Below, one piece after another: positions 52,353 through 64,000 of a stretch of DNA of 64,000 nucleotides. Every line of letters begins with the position of its first letter. The first letter of the stretch is position 1. The translations under genes were made by a program, and so were the position numbers. Under the pieces are notes generated by a model, which was not told the origin of the DNA, ran no database searches, and saw only the letters and a list, made by a program, of their open reading frames with translations. Location of the stretch: positions 334,563 to 398,562 of the forward strand of contig MU057597.1 in the NCBI GenBank assembly GCA_013265495.1, in the 5' to 3' direction. This stretch comes from Vicugna vicugna (lineage: Eukaryota).

Positions 52353-53962
52353 ATGTCTCTCACATGCATGTGATCAAGAAATTACGAACAAAAGCAAACA
52401 ATGATAGAGGAGAAGTATTCCAAACAGTGATACTGGGAAGACATGAATGGAATGAAATGAGACATTTTTACCGCAGGGAAATCCAGGAAAGTATGTATGA
52501 CTTTGAGTCTCAGCAGAAAGATGAGGAAAGAAATTACAAAGGAACGTCTATATCCCATAACGAAAATCTCACTGATGAGGGAGATCAACATAATGGATGT
52601 GTTGGGGGGATCAGCCCTCTTGAAAATTGGCTTACGTTACACTTCCAGCATGAACTGGATATTTTTAAAAGTAAAGAGAAAACTGATGCATTTAATCAAG
52701 CCGAGAAGAGTATCAACAGTAGTCCTTCATCTTCACCACTTCCAGGAATTTCTCCTGGTGTCCAAACCAACATGTCTAACGCACATGGGAGTGATTTTAC
52801 GCGCCCTTCAATACTGAAACAAAACCAGAGTGAACACAGGGAAAGACCTTACAAGTGTAGCGAGTGTGGCCAAAGCTTTCCTCAGCGCTCATCCCTCACG
52901 CGACATCATGTGATCCATACAAGAGAGAAAATATATAAATGTGATATATGTTGCAACATCTTTAGTAGAAATTCAGATCTTGTAATACATCGGAGAATTC
53001 ATACTGGAGAGAATCCTTACAAATATAACAAGTTCGGCAAAACCCTTAATCATGGCTCCCACCTCAATGGACACCAGATCATCAATACAGGAGAGAAATT
53101 ATATAAATGTGATATATGTGGAAAAGTTTTTAGTCGCAAATCATACCTTTCTAGACACGGGAGAACTCATACTGGAGAGAAACCTTACAAATGTAATGAA
53201 TGTGGCAAGGACTTTGGTCAAAATTCATACCTTGCTAGACATCGTAGAATTCATACTGGAGAGAAACCATACAAATGTAATGAGTGCGGCAAGGCCTTTT
53301 GTCAAAAAGGAAGCCTTGTATGTCATTGGAGAATTCATACTGGAGAGAAACCTTACAAATGTAATGAGTGTGGCAAGGTCTTCAGTCAAAGTTCTACCCT
53401 TGTCAGTCATCAGATAATTCATACTGGAGAAAAACAGTACAAATGTAATGAGTGTGGCAAAACCTTTTATTTTGGCTCACACCTCATACAACATCAAATA
53501 ATCCATTCAGGAGAAAAACCATATAAATGTGATGTATGTGGGAAAGTCTTTAGTCGAAATTCAGACCTTGTAATTCATGGGAGAATTCATACTGGAGAGA
53601 AACCTTACAAATGTAAAGACTGTGGCAAAATCTTTAATCACAGCTCAAACCTCAGCAGACATCAGCTAATCCATACAGGAAGGAAATTAAGTAAATGTGA
53701 CATTTGTGGCAGAGTCTTTAGTTTTAATTCATACCTTGCAAGACATCAGAGAATTCACACTGGAGAGAAACCGTACAAATGTAATGAGTGTGGCAGGGTC
53801 TTCAATCGAAATTCAATTCTTGTGAGTCATCGGAGAATTCATACCGGAGAGAAACCCTACAAATGTAACGACTGTGGCAGCTGCTTTAGTCGAAAGGCTT
53901 ACCTTGTAAAGCACCAGAGTGTTCATACTAAAGAGAAACCTTACAAGAATAAAGAACGTTGA
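52353..53962 (+). CDS. Gene B last coding exon: spacer, 12 intact and 1 degenerate C2H2 zinc fingers (KRAB-ZNF, about 583 aa spliced)
   Basis: The ttgtag|AT acceptor is in frame with ORF 52364-53962. Canonical C-x2-C-x12-H-x3-H repeats with TGEKP linkers from 52850. Confidence 0.95.
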
Positions 53963-55170
53963 AAAGCCGTTACTATGGTCTCAACCGTCACTACACATCA
54001 GGGCATAAATACAGAGGGGAAACCATATTAGTGTGATGTATGTGGGAAGGTCTTCATTCCAGTTTGAAACTTCAAATTCATGGGAGATTCACAGTGGGGA
54101 GAAACAGAGCACATGATGAGTGTGCCAAAGCCTCAGTTAACAGAAGAAAATTCATACGGGAGAGAAACGGTAGAAATGTAAGGACTGTCTTAAAAGTCCT
54201 TAGTCACAGTTCATACCTTAAGGTTGACCAAAGGTTCATACTGGAGAGAAACCTTACAAATAGAATGAGTGTGGCAAATCCTTTACTGTACTTTGAAGCC
54301 TGCCTTACCATTAGGTAATCTGTATTGGTGAGGGACTTTAAGGAAGTTTTAGCAGGTGTCCACATCTTAGGCTTCATCAGAAAAATCGTCCTGGAGAGAA
54401 ATCAGATAAATGATCTTAGTATGACCAGGCCTTTAGAGAAGGAATTCATTCACCAAATAATTCATTCTGGGATACTTCATAAATGCCACGAAATAGGAAG
54501 AATCTATACTCGGGCTCACATCTCATCAGTCATCACATAATCCATACTGGACAGAACATTACAGATGTACGGAATATGGCAAAGTTTCAAATTAGTGGTC
54601 AGTCATCACTGGATACTAGAATATTTATCCTGGAGAGAAGCCACGCAGGTGTAATGTGTGTGGCAAGGATTTTACCCCAAGTTCACAAGATGGGATCGTA
54701 CTGGATCAGTACCTTACAAATGCAGGGAGTGTGGCAAAAGCTTTATCTTGAGTTCAAGAATTAGGCAACAATGAATAGTCCATTGAAGAGAAAGCATACA
54801 AATATCTTGAGCAGAGGCTTTATCCAGGGTTCACAGTGCACTGGCCGCCTTAGCGTACACACAAAGCAGTATGTGTGCCAAGGCTTGTACCTGAGCATTA
54901 AAGCTGTAGAACAGAATTTGTGTTGGAGAGCAATGTTCCAAATAAAATGACCATAGCAGTTTTCACCAGATATCCACACCTGGTGTCATGGTAGAATTCA
55001 TGCAGGTCAGAAACTAGAGATGTACTGAAGATGGAAGGAAATGAATGAAACCGCATTTAGGATTCACTGAAGAACTCAAACTGGGGAGAATCCTTACAGA
55101 TGTAATGAATCAGGTGACTGTTTTCAGCAATTCCTAAATCAGCCTACACATCAGGAAGTCTGTACTATGA
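53963..55170 (+). other. Decayed zinc-finger repeats in the gene B 3' UTR
   Basis: Collinear with about 29370-30640 of gene A. Linker and finger remnants with stops. Confidence 0.85.
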
Positions 55171-55876
55171 ATAACCAGTCTGTGGTTCTCCGGGATGAAT
55201 CTGAGAAGTTACATGCTGTGGAAGCATCACTAGTCACAGTGTGCTAAAACTTCCGAGGTGGTAGGTCTGTGAGAGGAAGAAGGGTGTGTGTGGAAATGGC
55301 CCATTATCTTCTGTGTATAAATATTCAGTTATTTGAGTTTTCTTGCAAAGGCTAAATTATTGTTTATGCCTTTCCACATGAAGTTTGATGCCAGTTGCTG
55401 TATGTCACCATTACAGGCCTTTCATGATGGTCTCTGGGAAGGAATAAAATGAGGGGTTGAATCCATTTGGTGCAGTTCATTCACATCTGTGTTCCTTGGA
55501 AAAACTCAGACCCTGGATTGTCAGATTCAATAGTGTATGAATTAGGGACAGGGATGTGCAGAGAATATTGTAAAGCTGTGACTTGACTCATCACACTTAC
55601 TGTGTTCAGGGTGCTCGTCCATAGATTGGTCACTGTGGGTTACAGACAGAATGCTCTACCCTCTGACCAAGAAGGACGTTAAGCGCCTGGGGCTTTCATG
55701 GGAGGAGAGTGACAGGTTACTAGGGGCTGATTATGTGGTAGGAGCATTGCACAGGAAAAATTGGTCACTCCATTACATGGGAAGAGGTGTTGGATACATT
55801 GATGTTTAATGAAAAATTAGCCTTATTCTTGGAAATTGAAGGGAGAGCAGGAGCAGTTAAAGTGAGGGGGAAATTT

Positions 55877-56038
55877 GGGGGGAGGGTATAGCTCAAGTGG
55901 TAGAGCACATGCCTAGCATGTGTGAGGTCCTGGGTTCAGTCCCTGGTACCTCCTTTAAGAATAAATCAATCAACCTAATTATCCCCCCCCCAAAACCATA
56001 AGTAAATAAATGTTACTGTTCAAAACATTAAATTTTTT
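55877..56038 (+). mobile_element. tRNA-derived SINE (Vic-1-like) with 17 bp TSD
   Basis: Full SINE with TSD aagtgagggggaaattt at 55860-55876 and 56039-56055. Confidence 0.9.
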
Positions 56039-56319
56039 AAGTGAGGGGGAAATTTAATTACCGGGCTAGGCTCTTGGGGGATAAGCTTTTGTTTTGAACT
56101 TCCGGTTTGTATGAGAGGAAGACGCCCTCAGCCTTTTTTATTTGCTTGCCCGGATAGGCTGAACAGGAAGAGGTGGTCCTGAGGATTAAAAGCTCTCCAT
56201 AATCATCCATGAAAAATAGATTCAGATTATTTAATAAAGCACTGAATGTTTACTCTTGAAACTCGTTATTTCTTGATTTGGAAAACCACACTTCTTCATG
56301 TTAATAATTGATTACGTAT

Positions 56320-56580
56320 GCCATATAATACCGCTTATATGTGGAATTTAAAAATATGACACCAATGAACTTATTTACAAAAACTCACAGACATAGAAAA
56401 CAAACTTACGGTTATGGGAGGTGGGGTAGGTGGGAGGGGGCGATAAATTGGGAATTTGAGATTGGCAGATACAAACTACTATATATAAAATAGATAAACA
56501 GGAAGATCCTAGTATATAGCACAGGGAACTATATATTCAATGGCTTGTAGTAACCTGTAATGAAAAAGTATGAAAAAACC
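56320..56580 (+). mobile_element. LINE-1 3' end fragment
   Basis: cgcttatatgtggaatttaaaaa...atgaacttatttacaaa...cacagacatagaaaacaaac...tatagcacagggaactatat. Confidence 0.8.
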
Positions 56581-57574
56581 ATCAATATTTTCTGCCTAGA
56601 TAAAACTGATTTCACCATTAAGTACATCAGATAAATGTTCAGTTAGAGCATTAGACACATTTTTTTAACCCACTTTTCATTAAAACATTTTCCCATATAG
56701 TCAGGCTGTTGTATTACATTTTTAAAAATCATTATGTGCCTGGAGGTTTTATAGCAACTATTCTGTTACCCCGGGAATAATGTTGGGAGTCTTTTAGGTC
56801 AGGAAAAAGAGTTAAACCCATAGATAAATAAATTCAATATTAGATTATACACTACATGGATAAAACATGAGCGACCACCATCGGCGATGATTACATTAAA
56901 TTATTATTGGTAGCAGCCAAGGACTCCTGTGGTGTTTGGGACTTCTAGTTTATCTTGACAAACTTGGTTCATTTCTCAGGAATTCTTACACATACCTGTG
57001 TGTCTTTGCCACTGGACTAGTTTCTGCTCTAGAGAAATCCTTGTTTGACGTGGAAGCACTTCCACAACTCTGCATAACCTCTCCCCCTTACAGACTCAGC
57101 CTCTCAGCCTGAAATACCCAAATACTCCTCTGATTCCTTCCTGCTGCCTGGACTGTGGGCTGAGCGTGGCGTACGCCTGTGGGTGGGGGAGGGACACGGC
57201 CAATGCCTGAGATGCTTGTGCTTCTCACACCATCTAGAACTGCAACATCCGTTCGATTTTAGGGTGATAGTGCACACTTGAGCGAAAATGTCTGAAAATA
57301 TTTATTCCCATTTGCCAATTCTTGCAAACAATGTGTTCCTAAGAACATTATGGGAGTATAATAGAGACTTCTTTTTCCTTGGCCCCTGAAGACGGACGGG
57401 TTCTCACGGAGGAAAGAGAAGATGCTGTAGTCTCACTTTCTGGGTAGTGATGTTGAAAGTATTTTCCATGGGCGCGTCTTTTTATTTCCCCTGCTCTAGT
57501 GGCAAATTACAAATGATGGTATGTTCTGTTTTCGTCTTTATTGAATTCAGATTGCATTCTTTTTTTTCCTGCTT

Positions 57575-57730
57575 AATTCTTTTATTTATTTTTACTGAAA
57601 TATGGTCAGTTACAGTGTGTCAATATCTGGTGTACAGCATAATGTCCCAGTCATGTATGTATGTGTGTGTGTGTAGTCATTTTCATGTTCTTTTTCATTA
57701 AAGGTTATTATAATATATTGAATATACAAA
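57575..57730 (-). mobile_element. LINE-1 3' end fragment
   Basis: Same antisense L1 terminus as at 19590 and 49780. Confidence 0.7.
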
Positions 57731-57966
57731 TGACGTTCTAATCTCCATTCTAATTCTTTTCCCCAAGATTAGTTACAAGTAGGTCATTTTCTAAATATTT
57801 GATTTCTAGCAGCTTTTTCTGTTAGTGATTTCTATTTTCATTTCCTTGTGGCTGTTGAAATATGTTGTATAACTTGAATTCTTATAATTTATAAAGACTG
57901 GTGTGATGGCCAGGAATATAATTTGTCTTGCTGATACAGTAGTATGTGCATTTTGAAGATATTAAT

Positions 57967-58110
57967 GGGGGAAAGATATAGCTCAAGTGGTAGAGTGCAT
58001 GCTTAGCATGCACGAGATCTTAGGTTCAATCCCTAGGACCTTCTCTAAAAACAAAACAAGTAAACCTAATTACCTTCCCTTCCAAAAAAATCTAAAAATT
58101 AATTTAAAAA
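57967..58110 (+). mobile_element. tRNA-derived SINE (Vic-1-like)
   Basis: atatagctcaagtggtagagtgcatgcttagcatgcacgag...aaacctaattacc. Confidence 0.85.
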
Positions 58111-58187
58111 ATTAAAAGGTTGAAGATAGTGTAAAATTCTCTAGTTAGGTGGATTGTTCTTGGAAAACTCAGTTTTTTTTTACTTCC

Positions 58188-58908
58188 CGTGGAAGGAAAA
58201 ATTCTGATTTCCCTACTGTGTGTCTCTTCCCTTTGTGTCTCCTTTACACTCACAGCACAACCACCCTCACACAGTGAGCACTTTTGACATTTTTGGTCAC
58301 CAATGTGTGGGGGTTTTCCCCACAACAAACAATTCCCGGCAACACCAGGTGGGTATCCTACAATTCAGCTCAATTCTGACACCGTCTACACCGAAATAGC
58401 ATCAGATCCCACAAGACTCCCCTCCCCAACCCAGGACACTTCAGATGACAGTCGCAAGTCCAAGTTATCGCCTCTGCTTCTTACCCACTGGCTATATATT
58501 GGACTTCCCAACAACCCCTTTTTTTGGCTCAATAAATTAGCCAGAACGCCTCCCAGGGTCCAAGGAAGCACTTATTTCCACTTACTAGTTTATTAAATCA
58601 TATGATAAAGGACCATATCACTTGATAAATCTCCAGATGAAAAGGCACATGGGCAAGTTCTGGGACGGGCCAGAGCACAGGACTTGCTTTCCTTGTGGAG
58701 TCGGTTTGTGTTAACCTCCCAGTGAGAGTGCAGCTCTCTGAACCAACTAATGCTGGGATTTTATAGGGTTTTTTATCTTGTATTATTAAATTCTAGAGCA
58801 AGAGTTAACTTCTAGTGCTCTTACCACTTAGGAAATTACAAGGATTTTACAAGCGCTGTGCCAGGGGCTGGGGGCAGAGGCCAATATCTATATTTTCTAT
58901 TATCTCAG
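58188..58908. mobile_element. MER21-like solo LTR
   Basis: tgtgtgggggttttccccaca...gggtatcctacaattcagctcaattctgacaccgtctac...atagcatcagatcccaca resembles the MER21 family (from recall). Confidence 0.65.
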
Positions 58909-59086
58909 TTCTATAAGTGTCAGTTACGTTAATTTCATTGTTCGGTACTGTTGTTAGCATCTTCTTCATACACTTTCTGTCCACTTGTGTTACCTATTAT
59001 TCAGGGAGGGGGCATGCTTAGCAAGCACGAGGTCCTGGTTTCTATCTCCAGTACCTCCATTAATTAAAAGTAAAGTTTTATGTGCG

Positions 59087-59119
<33 letters not shown>

Positions 59120-60549
59120 TATATTCCATTTCACTATATGCATATAAAAATATATATAATGGAATATTACTCGGCCATAAAAGAAAATGAAAATTGGCCA
59201 TTTGTTACATCATGGATTGACCTAGAGGATCTTATGTTTACTGGAGTCATATTTCAGTGGATTCCTGTCTCTATGGCTGAAATAGTTCACATGTAGTGAT
59301 GTGATGAAACATACATTATAGTAGATGGTATCTCACAGATACTGCCATAAAACTATTGAGGGCTGAAATGCAGTCATTGCATATTTGATAATCTAGCTTT
59401 ACTTCTCTTAGGGTTCATATTAAAGAGAATATACTGCCCCAGAAAATGCATTTAGAAATATTGCAACTTACTCTTTAGGTGGAAATAAATCCCAATGTCT
59501 TCTGAAGACTAAATATTTTACAGGCTCTGTTATCCACACCTGACAGAACTTTCAGAAGTAGAAAACAAAGGAAAGAGCTAAAATAGAATGTGAAAATAAA
59601 AAGTGAAATTTTCTAATTATCCTCATAATGAACATATAGTCATTTTAAAATGACATTCTGTTCAGTTAGTACACAGTTCACTATAATTTCGTAAACAAGT
59701 TCTGAAAGATGTAAAGGTAATTCTCAGAAGTGTGAAATAGAGGAAGTAGTTTAATGAATAATGCACTTCTCATAAAACTATTTTTTCCTTTTTTTTTTTT
59801 TACTTTCACTTTTTACTGCATCTATATGAGGTAATGGGTGCTAACTAAACTTGCTGTGGTCATAATTTCAATATATATAAGTCAGAACATGATGTACCCT
59901 GTAAACTCAAACAGTGTTGTATGTCAAATACATCTCACTAAAACTCGGGGGAAAGGTGGTTTTAAAAGGCAATGCGACACTAGCAAAAAGGAAAAATGCA
60001 GTTTATGACAATTGAAAGTATGGCTTTATCTTTTTAAATCAATGGTTAGTGATGGAAATGATCACATACCTTAGTTTTCTAGTCTCAGACCCCAGGTTTG
60101 GTCTCTGAGTCTCTGGAACTGACAGCACGTTGAGCTGGAATCCTGGCTGAATGGGAAACAGAAGGGAAAAGCTGTTCTGTGCGGTGTCAGTCTGAAAAGG
60201 TTCGTCCTACTCAGGGAGAGTTTTGCATTTCTCATTATGATTTGCTATAAAGAAACAAGCCCAACTCTGGTTTCTTTAAACTACTTAAATTAACTCTACT
60301 TCCAGGAAATATTCCGAGATCCACCACGGCCCCACAGCGACCACCTGCAGACCAAGGTTCCCAACCACTGAAATGCTTTAGCCTTACAAGCGGGACAAGC
60401 GAGCCACGTGCTGGCAAAAACTGCTTTTTATTGAAACTGTTTTCAACTTGTTAGCAGGAAACATCTTAGTTTTCGACATAACTGGTCCACATAACTGTAA
60501 GCTTTTACCTCAAAACTGTAACAGTTAATAAGTTAAAACGAGCAGTTTC

Positions 60550-61300
60550 TAGGTACCATCCCCTCCCCACCCCCTGCCCCAACCAGGACTCTTTCCTCGC
60601 CTCGCCCACGCCGGCATCGCCCCGCCCAGGCTGCGTCCCCGGAAGTCCCGCCTCTAACGGACCCGGAAGTGGAGAGCGCGGAGTGACGGTCTCAGAGCCC
60701 AACGTAAATTTGTGTTTGTGCTGCGCGGTCACCTTTCCTCCGTCCTCGGGGTGTGAGAGTCACTAGGGACCTCTCACCGCAGCACCCGGTCCCCCGGCCA
60801 AGTAAGTCCTGACGGCGCCGCTCCAGGTCGGGGATCTTTTCCTTTGGGTTTGAAACCGCTCTGAGACTGGTCCCTACCCTTGGCTTTCTCTCCTTCGATT
60901 ACGGAGACACCGCCTTTCCTGATACTTTCCTGCTTAGAAGTTTTTACTCCCTCCCTGCCCCCCCCCCCCCCCCCACGTCCTCTTCCGCGAGGTAGACTCG
61001 CTTCCCCAGCCTCGCCCTCTCGGTCCCTGGAGGGCGGCGCCGGCCGCCCGGCTCCCGTGAGGCCATGTCCGCTCCCGGGTCCCAAGATTCTGGGGAGCCC
61101 GGCCCTCTCCTGAGACCCTCTGCCTTCCAGCCCCTCTGTCCTCGCGTCCTCCTCAGGCCGGTCCTTCTGCTGCGCGGGCCTCCCCTTCGTAGTCAGCCCT
61201 TCCCCCACCCCGCGTAGGGGGAGCTGACCTGGGCCAGCCTTGTGACCCCCCAGTGTTGTTACGTCCCAAATTCCACCCCGCTGGAAAACGGTCACTTCCG
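60550..61300 (+). promoter_or_regulatory. CpG-island promoter and exon 1 of a third paralog (gene C); intron 1 runs to the window end
   Basis: CCGGAAGT at about 60639 and 60663. Collinear with promoters A and B. 63830-64000 matches the intron just upstream of exon 2 in gene B (40390-40560). Confidence 0.8.
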
Positions 61301-62096
61301 ATAGGTGGGCATCTTATTAAGTCGCCTTCCTTGTAAATACGTGGGTGAGCGGCAGCAGGAGGAGAGATGGCAACTCAGAAATAAAAAACTGAGAGAAAAA
61401 AATGAGGGAGAACCGAAGCAAGGCAGAGTTTGGCTGAGGCACTTGCAAAGAAACAGTAAAAGGAAAGAGATTAAGCCTCTAGTAAAATGGAGAAGTAAAT
61501 TAACAAGGCCGGACCTCCAGTGATTAGAGAGCAGTATGGGGAGAGGGGCTCTGGAGCAGCAGTATGAGGGGGGGCAACAGTGGTGAGGAACTTCACACAG
61601 AGGGTGGGGGGGGAGGGGATAAACGGTGTAACCGTGGTCTTCAGAGCATCATGGTGCTGGGAGAGAAAGAGGACAAATGGTGACAAGAATAACAGGATGA
61701 GCCACAGGAGCAAGGAATCATAGGCACATGTGGTGCCCGAGAGTGAGGAGGAAGGGAAAGGCTAAAAGGAGTGTAACCTGGAGGGTAGAGAAGGAGCAGA
61801 GATAGAAGAAGAAAGAGACAGAAATACAGAGGGATTTAGGACCATCAGAAAGGTGGGGGAGAAAGCTACAAGAAGGGCACAGGTTGCAGTGTAGGACAGA
61901 ACAGGAGTGAGGGAAGACATAGAGGGGAGGGCAGACACAGCAGGAGAGTGGAGGGGAACAAAAAGAGACTGAGAACGAAATAGGGAAAGAGATAAACAGA
62001 ATGAAATGGAAACACATAGCAGTGACGGTGGAGTGGGAAACTGGATCCAGGTGCATAATGAGTTCTTTGGATGTGGATGATTGGTTGTGATATGTA

Positions 62097-62186
62097 GAGG
62101 GAGGGTATAGCTCAGTGGTAAAGCACGTGCTTAGCTTACAGGAGGTCCTGGGTTCAATTCCCAGTACCTCGAATTTAAAAAATAAA
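62097..62186 (+). mobile_element. tRNA-derived SINE (Vic-1-like)
   Basis: gagggtatagctcagtggtaaagcacgtgcttagc...gaggtcctgggttcaattcccagtacc. Confidence 0.85.
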
Positions 62187-63249
62187 GTTCTGATAGATAA
62201 TTTGTAGTTTTAAAATGTAATACATTTTAAATTGTTTGCTTAAATTATACAGATGATGAGAATTACAAAACCGTCTATGAGGATTGTGCATTTTGTAATT
62301 ATTCCTGAGACAGTAACTTTCATTTCCAGCTCCGATTCAGCCAGGCGGCAGTGACTTAACCCAGTCAGTCGTGGGTCACCCCTTTCCCTTTTCCTGACAC
62401 GGGTTGGAGGACAGGGAAGAGGAGACACGGGGCAGGAAATGACGGTCTCTGTCACTGCATTAAAGGAACGTCGAAAGTCTGCCTTTTTCCCAACGGATTC
62501 ACTTTTCTCTTTCTTTTTTTCTTTGTTGCATTTAATTCATTTTGTAGCTTGGAATAAATCTTGGTACATTTCATTTCTACTACTCTGTAAATAATTAGAA
62601 ACTTCTGAAATAAGCTTTGGTGGCCTTGTATATTCAACTCATGCAATTCTTTTCTAAATGTGATATTTTCTCAATTTTTTAAACATCGACACCAGAATTT
62701 TTGAAGAAAATTCACAGATTATTTGTTTTTTAGATGGGTTTTTAGGTCTCTTTGAGGTCTGCTTGCCCTCTCTTTGTCTTCTATATTGGAAAAGTTCTTC
62801 AGTAACTTGTAAATAATTTTGGACTATTTTGATGAGCACTTGATAAAGATATCAATGATCTTTTATAATAACTGCCAAAACCTAGTTTAACTAGTTAGTC
62901 TAATGTTCCATTTTCTTCCGTTTTGTGTGATCTATTAAGTTTGTGAGCTGGGAGGTGACATGAAGTTGTTCCCTCATGTCCCTCTTGACTGTCTCTAAAT
63001 GGTGGAGGATGAGCGGGATTGACTTGGAACCTTCTTCCAGCAGAGCCTGTCTGTTCACCATGAAACCGTTTGCTTGGAGCTTATTTCTAAGCTGACCCCT
63101 TATGGCGTTTTCCTCACCAATGGCTGTGTTTTTGCAAATCTGCATTTTAAAAATATTTTACTACGATCCTCAGGAAAAAGGAATGGCTATAGAAAACTTA
63201 CATCACCCATAAATCATGACATTATTATGACAGGAAAAGAAACATATTT

Positions 63250-63650
63250 CATGTGGAAACTAGAAAATGTGAAATGCATAGAGCCTTATAGTATAAAGGC
63301 TGTCACAAGGGGTTGGGTGGTGGGGGAAACGGGGAGATAGATGTTGGTCAAAGGTTAGAACGTTCAGCTGTCAAATAAATAAGTACAACACCAACATCTA
63401 ATGCACAGGGTGCTGCTTTAGTTAAACAGACTGTATTTCTGTATACTTGGAATCTGCAGAGAGAGTAAAACTTAAGTGATGTCACCACACAGAAACAAAA
63501 TTGATTTGGGCGTTGATGGAAGTTTAAATTCCTTTATTGTGATAATTGGTACACAGTGTATACATCTGTCAAATAATCACATTGCCGGCCACGTTTGTAC
63601 ACCATTGTTATTTCTCATCTGTGCCACAATAAAGCTGGAAAAGAAAAAGA
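63250..63650 (+). mobile_element. Old LINE-1 (L1M-type) 3' end, partly shared with about 40000-40200
   Basis: gatgttggtcaaagg...gtatacttggaatctgcagagagagtaaaacttaagt...caataaagctggaaaag. Confidence 0.6.
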
Positions 63651-64000
63651 AAGGGGGAGATCTGCTAGACTTCCTCTGGTGCTTAAGGCAGGCATCACAT
63701 TAGATTGATGAGGCATTTCTCACATGGATGTTTTATACCCTCAGACCAGGAATTCCCATTCATTCAGTCTGTGTGGGGTTCAACCTCATTAATATCTAAG
63801 GGGTCCCAGGTGATTCCAATCTTCATCCCTCACTGAGCATCCTGACTCTCAGTCCTCCCGTCCTGAGGGCTGAGATCCGGGCTGAGGGGGAGGGGGCTCT
63901 GCTCTGTGTGGGGATGGATCAGGGCCTGGGCTGTGACCTGAAGGGGGCTGTCGGGTCCAGCTGAGGCACCCGCTGCTGCATTGTGGGTGAGGGGCTCACC

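Noticed and set aside
56996..57106. Minus-strand AG...GT-bounded exon-like segment (tttcag|gctgag...cacag|gtatgt)
   Set aside because: Stops occur in all frames near its start, and there is no recognisable domain or partner exon.

Overview
Mammalian genomic DNA, most likely from a camelid, judging by abundant tRNA-derived SINEs of the Vic-1 type. It is part of a tandem KRAB zinc-finger gene cluster resembling the human 19q13.41-42 subfamily (ZNF808/ZNF816/ZNF665/ZNF347-like). Three paralogous + strand units start at CpG-rich, ETS-motif promoters near 9.8, 34.35 and 60.65 kb. Gene A (MAVSQ exon 14829-14843, KRAB-A 19169-19295, ZF exon 27637-28892) predicts about 465 aa with 8 intact C2H2 fingers. 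Gene B (40841-40855, 44761-44887, 52353-53962) predicts about 583 aa with 12 intact fingers. Gene C is cut by the window end before its first coding exon. Both complete genes carry a dead KRAB-B exon with the same stop codon. The first 9 kb is a rearrangement scar containing an inverted paralogous 3' UTR, an orphan start-codon exon, ERV remnants and a probable L1 3' transduction. Other notable items are a ~685 bp tract that appears identical between A and B, and a 77 bp TTAA-flanked inverted-repeat insertion at the stop codon of gene A. All alignments were done by eye, and repeat boundaries are approximate.
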